Assembly: GCF_006345805.1 (NCBI RefSeq)
Contig: NW_021834627.1
Coordinates: 1-60,395, forward strand
DNA: 60,395 bases
Direction of reading: 5' to 3'
Origin: Octopus sinensis
Taxonomy: Eukaryota
Each line of letters starts with the position of its first letter. Position 1 is the stretch's first letter. The notes under the pieces are model-generated. The model saw nothing but the letters and a program-made list of their open reading frames with translations. It was not told where the DNA came from and did not search any database. Both the position numbers and the translations under genes were made by a program. Shown one piece after another: positions 39,970 to 53,609 of the stretch.

Positions 39970-40425
39970 TCTTCCTCGCTGATTTAGAAGGAAATGTTCA
40001 CATCTGCAGGGCAGCTGACTTCTATAACTGTACATAATATTTTCTTTTCTTTTGTTTCAGAAAAAAAAAAAGACTATATCAAGCCTGTTATGTTTTGCAT
40101 TTAGCGGAAGATTTAGTTCCACCAATACACCTTCTATTCAAACGTATGGAAGTAACCAACTTCAGAAATATTTTCCAGTGCTTATCCCAGAGCAGTTTTT
40201 TCCTAATGGATGACATTGTATTTGCTTATGTAACTATATCAACATTCAACATACGGCGTGTATGGGATGTTGCTTATCACGTGTATAATATCTTCTGCAG
40301 GAAGATGACATAATCGACATACCTTTCGGTGCTGTCTTGCGGTTGGAAGCATTTCACTGCCTCTGTTTCCAAAGTATTTTGTAGGTTTCTTCTGCTTTTA
40401 AGGATCATCCTTCGTTTGAATGCGA
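39965..40425 (-). mobile_element. R4-like REL LINE remnant (CCHC plus REL)
   Basis: PTKYF...VCRLCHLPAEDIIHVIS...YWWN...HNRLDIV...CTVIEVSCPADVNI. Confidence 0.8.
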
Positions 40426-40592
40426 CTGTACAAGGGCACTCCTTAGTAGGGCTTAGTCGAACAAATCGACTCCAGTACTTATTTTCTATGGCACTTATTG
40501 TATCGTTCTCACTTGCCGAACCGATAAGTTACGGGACGTAAACAAACCAACGCCGCTTGTCAAGCGATGCACAAACACACACACATACACAC

Positions 40593-40646
<54 letters not shown>

Positions 40647-40731
40647 ATGAAAGAGAGAGAGAGAAAGTGTGTGTATGTGTGTGTGTGTGTGTATTTGTGT
40701 GTGTATGCGTGTGTATTTAATATAGTTTAAT

Positions 40732-40910
40732 TGGTTATGGCTGGTCAGAAAGTTATCATTGGTTTCACGTCTATTATTGCTCTAAACAATATAGGCAACA
40801 TGTTACATCTGCTGGCGGGAGACACAGAACCTCTTAACTAATGGTCTGCCATTAGTAAAGAGCAATAATTGACCTGAAACCAATGGTAATTTCCTGACCG
40901 GCCATAACCA
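40732..40910. mobile_element. MITE-like element with ~52-bp imperfect inverted arms
   Basis: 40732-40783 pairs with 40859-40910. Confidence 0.75.
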
Positions 40911-41021
40911 TGTCCAACGACCACATAAAATATTATTGGTAAAAAAATTGTTTTATTCGGATGTTCCTTTTTTCAAATTTATGAACAACTAACCAATATA
41001 TATATATGTATATATATATAT

Positions 41022-41467
41022 ATCTATATCTATATATATATAACTCAACTTGTGTGTCTGTGTGTGTATCTGTGTGTGTGTTTGTGTGTTTAACTTCCCG
41101 GTACATTTCCTCCTAGCCAACAAATCGTAGAACCACCAATATGGGTCACTTAAAGTTTAGGCGAATGAAAATTGAACTGCGCTATTTCTGTTCCGAAATT
41201 CATCTCGCAAGTGCAAAAATCGATAATGTGTTTGTTTAGGCCTTATCCCATGCATTGAATAGTGAACTTTACTCAGTCAGCTGTTTGACGTGAACTGTGT
41301 TCACCATGCGTGCAAGCATACGTAAATTGCATGAAAAATAAAAAAATCAAGATATAAAAACGAATCGCCGTAAACATTGTAGAAATTCAGCAAAAATGAA
41401 TTTTCGGGATGTAGCCTGGAGGGTTTTTTCGTATTAATCGTTTGGACTTTGTGAACACATACCAATT
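41022..41467 (+). mobile_element. Probable Helitron 5' part with an internal TG microsatellite
   Basis: TCTATATCTATATATATAT start, then a TG tract; no CTAG end of its own. Confidence 0.45.
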
Positions 41468-41468
41468 A

Positions 41469-41840
41469 TCTAATATATAAAGCTGAAGTTGTCTGTGTAT
41501 GGCAGGTTTGGTAGCCTTCAACTACACACTCCTCCTACTCCGAGACCCTGCGGCGCAAGTTGACCAAAATTGAGTGTATGATAGAAGAAGGCTTGCTCTT
41601 CCTCCCGTAGAAGAGAAAAATTCAAATCGGACCATGTTAACACCAAAAATTATTTACATCAAAAAGGTGCTTTTTTTCTATGAAAATCCCTATTTTTTTA
41701 CGATTGTTTTTGACTGTCGCCATTTTTTGTGTATTTCAACCAGAAAAATGTTCACTTAAAGAGAATAACAAGCTACATAATGCAAAATTTTTACTTTTCA
41801 AAAATTCCAATTCTAAAGCAACGCCGGGTGATACTGCTAG
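41469..41840 (+). mobile_element. Non-autonomous Helitron
   Basis: A|TC...GCAACGCCGGGTGATACTGCTAG|T; inverted homologue of 9697-10090. Confidence 0.85.
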
Positions 41841-41884
41841 TATATATATAACTGAAATGTTGTATCAATATTCCTTACGTTTTT

Positions 41885-42365
41885 AAAGGTGTGGGTACAT
41901 TCAAGTTCTGATGTGCCTTTCGTATGACTGTCGGGACAATCCTTCTTGCAGACAACATTGAAAGATATTAACTTCCGGACATCTGTGGGCTGATGATGAT
42001 GATGATGTAGCTGATATTTTAAACATTAGTCTAACACAATCGACATTTTCTTTCTCATTATGGACGCACCCGTTTCTCTTTTATTGATCGGGTATTTAAT
42101 GGCTACTTGCAGTACTTGAATAGCAAAGGCGTATCCTTCTAGGTGGGATGTGATATGTCTGTTACAAGTGCCCAAGGGAAGCTACTCGTTCAAACTGTCA
42201 TGCTTGTAAGATATGTACTCCTGTGTAACTTTGTATAGACATCATGAATCTGTCCTCCAAATTTGTATTTTAAAAGGTCAATCCAGTTACGCTTGGGTTA
42301 CTTGGAACAGCTCTATACCCTGTAAACCTTTTTCCTGTTTAGGAGTTCAGCACTTACTATGACGA
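41885..42365 (-). mobile_element. R4-like REL LINE remnant (CCHC region)
   Basis: HITSHLEGYAFAIQ...IKY...KCRLC*TNV*NISYII. Confidence 0.75.
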
Positions 42366-42532
42366 GGTTGTTATTTTCACTGCTGTGCACACATGCGGTG
42401 TATTCATCTCTCTCTTCTCTGTCTGTCTGTCTGTCTGTATGTATGTAGTATGTATGTATGTATGTATGTATGTATGTATGTATGTATGTATGTATGTATG
42501 TATTTATGTATGTATGTATGTATGTATGTATG

Positions 42533-42980
42533 TTGCACATGAGAAAGTAAGGAGGGATGTCAGCAAGGGCATCGCTGTTACACTTCCAGAATGGAAGGGT
42601 CTTCCTTTGATTCTGATATGCAATGTCTGTGCAAGACCCTGCCTCAGTAAAGCTGGACTCATGAGTCATCTTCGTAGTCATAAAACGAAACAGATGATTG
42701 ACAACCTGGCCACTGGTGGTGGTGTAACACACCATACTAATCATATCTGTCGGGCATGTGGAAAATAGTGTAATTCGGCAGGAGGACTTAAACGACATGC
42801 AAAGGTACATGAAGCCCAGTTACAACTACAGCCGGCTATTACCGGTAAAGGTTTTAGTTGCCAATTTTGTACAAGACATTGTAGATCTTTAGCTGGGCTA
42901 AAAAGTCACATTTGATCACAGCACCAATAACAGTTAAGCTTCGTGCAATGGCCATACTCGATAACGAGGCGGCAGCCATA
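42533..42980 (+). mobile_element. RTE-clade LINE 3' end with three C2H2-type zinc fingers (two stops)
   Basis: CNVC...SKAGLMSHLRSH, CRAC...GGLKRHAKVH and CQFC...SLAGLKSHI; RTE-like tail; (TATG)n on both sides. Confidence 0.8.
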
Positions 42981-43035
42981 ATGTATGTATGTATGTGTAT
43001 GTATGTATGTATGTATGTATGTATGTATGTATGTA

Positions 43036-43280
43036 CGAGGGTGTACTGAAAAGTTCCTGGCTTTACCTTACTCTTTTTTACTCTTTTTACTTTTGACTGT
43101 GGCCATGCTGGAGCACCGCCTTTTAGTCGAGCAAATCGAGTCCAGGACTTATTCTTTGTAAGCCTAGTACTCATTCTATCGGTCTCTTTTACCGTAACAC
43201 ACCAGCATCGGTTGTCAAACGATATTGGGAAGACAAACACAGACACAAACATATATACATACATACACACACGCACACAC
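43036..43280. mobile_element. Mariner TIR remnant followed by a partial SINE A (minus)
   Basis: TA|CGAGGGTGTACTGAAAAGTTCCTGG matches the TIR of 46311-46543. Confidence 0.7.
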
Positions 43281-43442
43281 TCATATATATCTATATATAT
43301 ATATATATATATATTATAATAATATTAGGGAATAAATCCAAACTTACAGGGAAAAATTAGATTTAGGATTAAATCCAATTTTATAGTATAAATATATTAT
43401 ATTATATTATATAAAATTAGAGATAAAACCACCATTAGGAAA

Positions 43443-43473
<31 letters not shown>

Positions 43474-44382
43474 TTCGTGAAGGTAGTTACATACGTACGT
43501 ACGTTTGTATGTATGTATTTATATTACGTGACTTTACTGTTGTATTCATAGTTGGTGCCAAAGTTATATGTAGGCATGTTTGGAAGAGTGTAAAAGTCGA
43601 GAATAAAAATGGTTTCTAATTTAGGTAGAAAGCCTGCAACTTTTTTGGGGACGGAAAGTAGTCAATACCATCGAGCTTAGTACTTAACTGGTACTTTATT
43701 TTAACAACTGCGGTTTGGACACTCGAAGTCGACTACGACGTGGTTTGAACTCAGAATGTAAAGAACCGTAACAAATGCCGCAAGACTTTTTCTTCACGCA
43801 CTCTAACAATTCTACCATCTAGTCGCGATATTTTCATAATTTTCTAGCTCTTCTTAAGACAATTCTCGTTCAAATTTCTCAAAAGGTTCTTGCCCATTTC
43901 TTTATGATCCTTGATATGATCGAAATATGATATCTAAAATTTGAGTTTAATTTGGATTGCTCACACCATCTTACTTTTTTCAGGTCGGTGAGTACGTCAT
44001 TTTATACTTAGTTACTTCATAACAGTAATAATTTTTAAAATGTAACACTACAATCGTATTTAATGTACTTATTATTCGTGATGATGCAGACAAATCTTTT
44101 TCCTGCGTTCACTAATGAGTTGCAACGGTCGCCATTTTTTTCTGTCGCGAAGGAAATACCCAACGAAATACGAAGCACCTAGTGTACGTCTCGCTTGCAA
44201 TTACAGAAATGTATCTATTAAGATAGATATCTATTAATAGATGTACATATACAGTGTGAGATAAACACATAGATATCTAGATGTCGATATATTTAACGCG
44301 CGCCTTAATAGATAACTATCTATTAATGCATATATATAGGTTTATATCAATATATCAATCTATGTATCTTAAATATATATAT

Positions 44383-44672
44383 AGGAGTGGCTGCGTGGTA
44401 ATTAGCTAGCTTACGAACCACATGGTTCCGGGTTCAGTCCCACTGCGTGGCACCTTGGGCAAGTGTCTTCTACTATAGCCTCGGGCCGACCAAAACCTTG
44501 TGAGTGGATTTGGTAGACTGAAACTGAAAGAAACCCGTCAGCCGAAATTGCGAAGATGATCTGGTTCTTGACTGATGACTGAGGGCTTCGAATGTCCCGT
44601 CCTGTGGTTCTTGTGTCGTCTCTTTGGTGTTTCATGTTCTTGTCCATGTCTGTATTTATTTTTAATGGTTAC
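44383..44672 (+). mobile_element. SINE A 5' half fused to a family X fragment
   Basis: SINE homology to 44538, then family X homology. Confidence 0.75.
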
Positions 44673-44762
44673 ATATTATTATATATATATATTATATATA
44701 TATATATTATATATATATATGGAGGAGAGAGGAGAGAGGAGAGAGAGAGAGAGAGATACATG

Positions 44763-44793
<31 letters not shown>

Positions 44794-45219
44794 GTTTGTA
44801 TGTATATATACATTTGTGTGTGTGTGCGCGCGCGTGTCTTTGTGTTGGTGTCTGTCTTCTCAGTACTGCTTAACAACCGGTGTCGGTGTGTTTACATCCC
44901 CACAACTTAGAGGTTCGGAAAAACCTCTGAGAAATCCCTAAGAAATCGACAGTGACCAAACCCGGAGAAGGACGAAGGAAAGGCACCAAGTCTAGATGTC
45001 CGACACAGGCCGAGTATCTCGAGGTTGTCCCTATGACACCATCATGCATTGAAACCTCAAAGGAGGAAGGAAATAAGCAGGATTGTCGTTGTTTAAATTC
45101 CATAACAGCCCGTCCTGATCGAATACATGTGCGGGCGTTCCAGCTGTGACCATCCTATCTTTGAATATATTAGAGACAACTACATTCTCCAATATACAGT
45201 ATATTTCATTATATAAGGA

Positions 45220-46170
45220 AGCGGCTATTTCGTCTGTCTTTACGTTCTGAGTTTTAATTCCGCCAAGGTCAACTCTGCCTTTCATCCTTTCGGGGTCGAT
45301 AAATCAAGTACCAGTTGCGTACTGGGGTCGATCTAATCGACTGGCCTCCTATCTCAAAATTTCAGGCCTTGTGCCTAGAGTAGAAATGATTATATAAGGA
45401 AGCGAGTTGGCACAATCGTTAGCACGTCAGGCAAAATGTTTAACGGTATTTCGTTCATCTTAACGCTTTGAGTTCAAACTCTGCCGAGGTCGACTTTTCC
45501 TTTCATCCTTTTGGGGTTGATTAAATACGTACCATCTGAGCACTGAAGCCGATGTAATCGACTTACCCCTTCCCCCACTCACAAGGCTTTGGTCAGCCTT
45601 AGCCTATAGTAGAAGACACTGCCCAAGGTACCACGCGGTGGAACTGAACCCGGAACCATGTGGCCCAAGGTGCCACGCAGTGGAACTGGACCCGGAACCA
45701 TGTGGTTGGGAAGCACATTTTGGGAGGTCGTTACACTTGGAAGATTTTAATCTTTTTTTCCGTCACGACTTTCTCTTTTACTCTTTTACTCTTTTACTTG
45801 TTTCAGTCATTTGACTTGCGGCCATGCTGGAGCACCGCCTTTAGTCGAGCAAATCGACCCCAGGACTTATTTTTGAGCCTAGTACTTATTCTGTCGGGCT
45901 CTCTTGCCGAACCGCTATGTTACGAGGACATAGACAAACCAACACCCGGTTGTCAAGCGGTGGTGCGGTACAAACATAACACAAACACAAAGAAACACTC
46001 ACACGCGTGCACCCATACATAGATATATTCATATACGTAGACACACACACACACACACACGCACACATATATACGACGGGCTTCTTTCAGTTTCCGTTTA
46101 TCAAATTCACTCACAAAGCTTTGCTCGGCCCGCGGCTATAGTAGAAGACACTTACCCAAGGTACCATGTA
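45220..46170. mobile_element. Cluster of SINE B (+) and SINE A (-) copies
   Basis: Homology to families A and B. Confidence 0.85.
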
Positions 46171-46190
46171 GTGAGAGAACGACGACGACG

Positions 46191-46230
<40 letters not shown>

Positions 46231-46310
46231 AAACAACAACAACAACAACGACAACCGGTTATTTTTATGATTTTACTTCGAGTAGTATGTAGTGTACTCT
46301 GTATTACATA

Positions 46311-46543
46311 CGGGTGGGGTGCTGGAAAGTTCATGGTTTTAAGGGTGTCGGGTGTCGCGAAAAACCTGGCTGGAGGTCCAACCTTCCGACTTCTTTTACA
46401 GGGCTTAGAAAAACTGAAGGACCACTTGCAATAAGTGTGCGAATCTAAAGGGGGATGGAGAATGTCTTCAATAAAATCGTAATTAACTGCTTTTCCTGTA
46501 TTTTCTTTTAACCAAACCCAGGAACCTTTTCAGCACTCCTTCG
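46311..46543 (+). mobile_element. Mariner deletion derivative
   Basis: Imperfect TIRs; interior WLEVQPSDFF...GLEKLKD...NKC resembles a mariner C-terminus. Confidence 0.8.
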
Positions 46544-46654
46544 TGGAGTGTTACTTAAATGATTGTTTTAGTGGTTTTTATCTGATTCATGACGAGCCAT
46601 ATCTTAGAAGTTCCACTGCCAGACAAAAAAAACAAAAACATTGCCCATGACAGA

Positions 46655-47370
46655 GCTTAATGACTCACAGTACAATACGGTATTATGTTTAATAAAACAG
46701 CATGCAGACGAAAACAAAAATTATGCTAAACTATATGACTCACATTACAAGATTTAAAGCACCGTATTGACTTGTGTAATAGTCGCACCTCTAATTCAGA
46801 GTTGTATCTTGGTACAAATTTATCCCCCTTCATAGCTTTTGTTTTGCCCCGTGTATATATATCACACTCCAGTTTTACCAATATAAAATAAAGTATAAAA
46901 TAATGTAGCACACACAGGATTAAATACGGTACATAATCACTCACTGACAGTAGAATAATATATATTGACTCACAACGGAATTTATTATTCCATAGACTGA
47001 CTCACAATATATTAGGCTATTGCATATTCTGACTCACCATACAATAAGCTATTGCATACATAGACTCACAATACGGCAGGCTATGCTTATATGACTCATA
47101 ACGCAGTAAAATATTTTTGTCTAACGATTCACATTACAATAAGGCTGATGTTTAGTTTTGACTCTATGATTATAATGACTCACTATGCAATAATAGCTTG
47201 AATGACACATAATTGAATAGGCCAGAATAGAACAGTCTTGTGTGTACAATGACTCACAATACTGCAGACTATGGTGTATAATGATTCATAATACAATAGA
47301 CAATGGCTGTATTAATTGACGCATAATATAATTGCCTATTGTTATTAAGCCTCACAAAACAATTAACTGT
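46655..47370 (+). repeat. Degenerate ~31-32-bp tandem repeat rich in TGACTCA
   Basis: Eight perfect TGACTCA at 46661, 46736, 46966, 46998, 47030, 47092, 47176 and 47250, plus variants. Confidence 0.75.
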
Positions 47371-47429
47371 AATGCATAATGTCAACAACAGACATATAAT
47401 AAACATATATATATAATATATTATATATA

Positions 47430-47467
<38 letters not shown>

Positions 47468-48157
47468 TGTACACAATAGGCTACATTAAATAATGATACT
47501 ATATTTAATAGGTTATAGTATTCACTGAAACAATATACAATGCGCAAAAGAATATAGATACGGTTATACAATAGGCTATTGTATATCACAATCTCGACGC
47601 TGTAATTACACTACGTTATCATCTACAAACGAACCAGTATAAAATAAGTTTAGATTATGATAATTTCAGAAGGTATGCTATCGACCAGAAATAGGTACTG
47701 TATGACATTACGAGTTGCTTCACATATAGTACGAGATCAAATTAGAAAACTGTGTTCTATGTATTCTTGTATTGATTACATTTCAGTATAAACTGATGTG
47801 TATACAGCTCTCTGTGTAGAGAGAGAGAGAGAGAAAGAGAGCAAGCTCGCATACATACGCACGCATACACTATGCCATCAAATTAGAATGTTCTATAGGC
47901 CGTATCGATTAAATTGCACTATAAGCTATGGGAAAAATACCTTACAGAGAGCTGCTTCACATATATCATGGACTTAAACTAGGACACACTATGCAATAAA
48001 TAGAATGTACTGGTTACACTTATATACTAGCGGCTATAATAGTATAAATATATATATATATATAACGTATTATTTCAACAGTGTCAAAAGAGAAAATTTT
48101 CTCATTTCTAATTTAACAGTGCGCAGGTAGCGTATTTATCGCTTGCTGCCCCTTAGA

Positions 48158-48205
<48 letters not shown>

Positions 48206-48314
48206 GTGTGTGTGTGTGTGTATGTGCGTGTGTGTGTGTGTGTGTGTGTATGTATACGTGCGTCATTGTATGTACATATAGGTGTTAAATATTAGATACG
48301 AATTGAATATCAAT

Positions 48315-48720
<406 letters not shown>

Positions 48721-48954
48721 CATAACATGAATACATACATACAAACATACACGATAGCTGTAGCTTTACTGAATTTCAACTCCGAGTTCCACGTCGCCGC
48801 TTCTGTCAAGTGATGACGGGACACAAAGAAAAGCCTTCTCCCCAAAAAACTGACGAATGCTGCAACGCAAACTCGGAGTAAAGACGTGAACAGCTTTCAA
48901 CAAACCTTTCCCCCCCTCTCTCTCTCTCTACATATATATATATATATATATATA

Positions 48955-49520
48955 TTAAGGTATGTAGAAAAATACAACATGGACAAGAACGTATAACTCT
49001 TAGAAGACGATACAATAAACACGGACAGGACATCGAAACCCTCAGTCTTCAGTCAAGAACCGGATCACATCGTAGTAATTTCGGCTGATTAATCTTGAGA
49101 TTACTAGATCACGGCCAGCCCTCCAAGAAAACTAAGCAACGAGCATTAGAAAAAACTAGCGGGGAGCGTAGATTTCCTGGAAGAAGGATCGAATGCATAC
49201 GGACACCAGGACAGCAAAAGGGACGAATATAAAAAAACAAAAAAATAATGGAATACAGAAACATGAAATACAGAAGCATTACGGTGAAACAACAACAAGT
49301 GTCTTACGACTGATAACAAGCAAACAAATTATTTCTCTGGCGCAAGGAAAGGAGCCTTATCGGCGATGCCTATAGCGGCGGACGAAAAACAACGATGTTA
49401 ACACGACGCTGGTCAGAAGCTGAAAGGCAGATTTCGGCCAGCAGTCACGTGACAGAGAAGAGAGAAAAGAAAAGAAAGAGAAGCAACGGAAGAGAGAGAG
49501 AGAGGAGAGAGAGAGAGGAG
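48955..49520 (-). mobile_element. Family X copy
   Basis: High similarity to 2708-3230. Confidence 0.85.
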
Positions 49521-49564
49521 GGACAATATATATATATACACATATACACATATATACATATATA

Positions 49565-49740
49565 TAGGGAGAGTTTACGAAAAACCAAAAGACGAAGACA
49601 GGCAGTGTACAAAACAAACAGATGTATTAGTATAACGCTCAGGAATAGAAAAAGTCTTTTACGTTTCGAGCCTACGCTCTTCTACAGAAAGGGACACAGA
49701 AAAAACGAGGAGAGAAAAAAATGTGTGCAGTGGCTAACGA
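49565..49740 (-). mobile_element. Penelope-like terminal fragment with hammerhead-like motif (49654-49695)
   Basis: Minus strand GTCCCTTT-CTGTAGA-AGAGCGTAGGCTC-GAAACGTA-AAAGAC. Confidence 0.62.
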
Positions 49741-49744
49741 TCTG

Positions 49745-49915
49745 CGGCCATGCTAGAGCACTGGCTTGAAGAATTTTAATCGAATAAATCGACTCCAGTA
49801 CTTTGTTTTTAAGCATGGTACTCATTCTGTCGGTCTTTTTGGTCGAACCGCTAGATTATATGGAGACATAAACACACTAATACCAGTTATCAAGCGGTGG
49901 TAGGGAACAACACTG

Positions 49916-49947
<32 letters not shown>

Positions 49948-50146
49948 TCACACACACTCACACACGCATACACGACAGGCTTCTTTCTGTTTCCATCTAC
50001 CGAAGCTACTCGCAAGGCTTTGGTCGGCCCGAAGCAATAGTAAAAGATACAACGTGCCATGCAGTGGGACTGAACCCGAAACCATGCGGTTGGGAAATAA
50101 GCTTTTTACCGCACCACAACGCCTCCGCTTCTACATCATACACACA

Positions 50147-50192
<46 letters not shown>

Positions 50193-50410
50193 TTAAGGCG
50201 GCGAGCTGGCAGAATCGTTAGCACGCCGGGCGAAATGCTTAGCGATAATTCGTCCGTCTCTACGTTCTGAGTTCAAATTCCGCTGAGGTTGACTTTGCCT
50301 TTCATCCTTTCGGGATCGATAAATTAAGTATCACTTCCTCCTGGTACAGATCTAATCGACTGGCCCCCTCCCCCAATATTTCGGGCCTTGTTCCTAGAGT
50401 AGAAAAGATA
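49745..50410. mobile_element. SINE A (-) and SINE B (+) copies
   Basis: Homology to families A and B. Confidence 0.82.
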
Positions 50411-50433
50411 CGCGCACGCCACACACACACACA

Positions 50434-50479
<46 letters not shown>

Positions 50480-50551
50480 TATATATATTATATTATATAT
50501 ATTATATATAGATAGATATATGTATATGGCCATGCAGGAGAACCGCCAGTA

Positions 50552-50582
<31 letters not shown>

Positions 50583-50704
50583 TGTATATGGCCATGCAGG
50601 AGAACCGCCAGTATATATATATATATTATATATAGATATATATATATATCTAAAAAAATGTATGATAGATTGCAGCCATTCATTCTCTCTTACCTGTTTG
50701 TGTC

Positions 50705-50831
50705 TGCCTTCCAAATGCTGTTTTTACTGAGATCTCCCTTTTTAGTAGAAGAAATAGCTATAACCTTTGACTGCTATTTCTAAATTCGGTATGTGGTAAG
50801 GCAACTCGTTGCTAAACCCTTATTGCTTAGT
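50705..50831. repeat. Inverted homologue of 14094-14218
   Basis: Reverse-complement near identity. Confidence 0.85.
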
Positions 50832-50925
50832 ATATATATATATATATATTATATATATGGTGCCCCAGCATGGCCGCGGCCTTCGGGCTAAAACATTTTT
50901 AAGGATTTAAGGATATATATATATA

Positions 50926-50976
<51 letters not shown>

Positions 50977-51000
50977 ATATATATATATATATAGTATATA

Positions 51001-51416
51001 TACTGGCGGTGCTCCAGCATGGCCACAGCATGAAAGAAATGCATACATACATACACACACATACATACACCCACGACGGGCTTGTTTCAGTTTCCGTTTC
51101 CCAAATCCACTCACAAAGATTTGGTCGGTCCAAGGCTATAGTAGAAGAGCGTGACATAAGGTGTCACGTAGTCACGCAGTGGCACCTTGTGCCACGCTCT
51201 TATTTACTCTTTTACTTTTATTTCTTTCAGTCATTTGAGTGCGGCCATGCTGGAGCACCGCCTTTAGTCGAACAAATCGACCCCCAGGACTTATTCTTTG
51301 TAAGCCTAATACTTACTTATTCCATCGTCGCCTTTTGCCGAACCGCTAAGTTACGGGGACGTAACCACAACAGCATCGGTTGTCAAGCGATGGTAGGGGT
51401 GGACAAACACAAACAT

Positions 51417-51448
<32 letters not shown>

Positions 51449-51622
51449 TTTTTTTCGACGGGCTTCTCTTCAGTTTCCATGTACCAAATCCACTCACAAG
51501 GCTTTGGTTAAACCCGAAGCTATAAGTAGTAGACACCTGCCCAAGGTTCTACGTATGCAGTTGGACTGAACACGGAACCAAGTGGTTGATAAGCAAGCTA
51601 CTTACCACAGAGCCACTCCTGC
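51001..51622 (-). mobile_element. SINE A copies (partial plus full)
   Basis: Homology to family A. Confidence 0.82.
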
Positions 51623-51874
51623 GCGCTGTTGTGTGTATGTGTACGCGTCGCGCCCGCGCGCGCACGCCATGCGTTAGATACAGCAAGCGTCTCCCATCAC
51701 AGACCGTGTCACATTCTGATCATGTTATATAGGATGGTATTGGGAAATATCGTGTTTATCATTCTGAAATGAAATACTTCAGAAAAGACAGCCTATCCCG
51801 TTTTCCTACCCGTGACTAAACATGCCCTTTATTGCCGCCGCTGCTGTTAGTATTGTTGTTGTGGCTGTTGTGTT

Positions 51875-53115
51875 TGATGGTGGTGGTGGTGGTGATGGTG
51901 GTGGTGGTGTTGGTGTTGGTGGTGGTGATGGTGGTGGTGGTGTTGGTGGCGGTGTTGGTGGTGGTGGTTGTGGTGGTGGTGGTGTTGGTGGTGGTGATGG
52001 TGATGGTGGTGGTGATGGTGGTGTTGGTGATGGTGATGGTGGTGGTGATGGTGATGGTGGTGGTGATGGTGGTGTTGGTGATGGTGTTGGTGGTGGTGAT
52101 GGTGATGGTGGTGGTGATGGTGGTGTTGGTGGTGGTGTTGGTGGTGGTGATGGTGATGGTGGTGGTGATGGTGGTGTTGGCGTTGGTGGTGGTGTTGGTG
52201 ATGGTGGTGTTGGTGGTGGTGTTGGTGGTGATGGTGATGGTGGTGGTGATGGTGGTGGGGTGGTGGTTGGTGGTGGTGGATGTGATGGTGGTGGTGATGA
52301 TGGTGTGGTTGTTGATGGTGTGGTGATGGTGGTGGTGATGGTAGTGTGTGTGGTGATGGTGTTAGTGGTGTGTTGGTGGTGGTGGGTGTGTTGGTGGGTT
52401 GGGTTGGTGGTGGTGGTGGTGGTGGTGATGGTTGTGGTGATGGTGGTGTTGTGGTGGTGGTGGTGATGAGTGGGGGTGGTGTTGGTGTGGTGTTGTGTTG
52501 ATGGTGGTAGTGGTGGTGGTGGTGGTGGTGTTGGTGGTGGTGTTGGTGATGGTGTTGATGGTGGTGGTCGTCGTGGTGGTGGTGGTGATGGTGGTGATAG
52601 TGGTGTTGGTGTTGGTGGTGTTGGTGGTGGTGGTGGTGATGTTAGTGGTGGTGGTGGTGGTGATGGTTTTGGTGGTGGTGTTGATGGTGGTAGTGGTGGT
52701 GGTGGTGTTGGTGTTGGTGGTGGTGTTGATGGTGGTGTTGGTGGTGGTGGTGGTAGTGGTAGTGGTGTTGGTGGTAGTGTTGGTGGTCGTGGTGTTGGTG
52801 GTGGTGGTGGTGGTGGTGGTTTTGGTGTTGGTGGTGGTCGTGGTCGTGGTCGTCGTCGTCGTCGTGCTGGTGATGGTGGTGTTGGTGTTGGTGGTGGTGG
52901 TGTTGTTGTTGTGGTGGTCGTGGTGGTGGTTTTGGTGTTGGTGGTGGTGGTGGTGGTGGTGGTCGTCGTCGTCGTGCTGGTGATGGTGGTGTTGGTGTTG
53001 GTGGTGGTGGTGTTGTTGTTGTGGTGGTCGTGGTGGTGGTTTTGGTGTTGGTGGTGGTGGTGGTGGTGGTCGTCGTCGTCGTCGTGCTGGTGATGGTGGT
53101 GTTGGTGTTGGTGGT
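51875..53115. repeat. Degenerate (GGT)n trinucleotide block
   Basis: Direct reading. Confidence 0.97.
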
Positions 53116-53537
53116 AATATCAACGGAGGAGTGGTGTTGAAAAGCAATGTGGCATTCGATGTCATCGTTGTTGTTGCTTAAACCACTCCATCCCCGCCCA
53201 CATCAAACCAAAACCACGATCGAGCAAAATAGAAACCATGATCAAAAGGCGTTCCAGCTGTGACCGTCTTGATTATTTGGTGTTATCAGGGAACTACCAT
53301 TATCCAATGCAACCCTTCCCATTTATTTCTATCAAGACAAATAAATATGACCTGAGATCCGAGGGACAACTAAACTAAACTGGCTGCAATTTTTAGCAGG
53401 GTCGAGCGACCACGCAGAGGCTCCCACCTTACCCTCCCCCTTACCCTTACCCACCCCTAGTTGGCCCCTTGTGATATTGTTGTTTATTGTTTGTTGGTAG
53501 GTAGGGGCAACGGCGCCGGCGATGGTATTGTTATTAT

Positions 53538-53566
53538 TGATGATGATGGTGATAATGTTGATGGTC

Positions 53567-53609
<43 letters not shown>

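Noticed and set aside
40040-40062. Strong-looking splice acceptor TTTTCTTTTGTTTCAG
   Set aside because: It is the antisense of an A-rich LINE coding remnant; no credible exon follows.
42385-42930. Host C2H2 zinc-finger gene exon
   Set aside because: In-frame stops, no TGEKP linkers, and an RTE-type tail with microsatellite flanks point to a LINE 3' end.
48805-48856. C/D box snoRNA (GTGATGA...CTGA)
   Set aside because: Too short, no D'/C' boxes and no recognisable guide.
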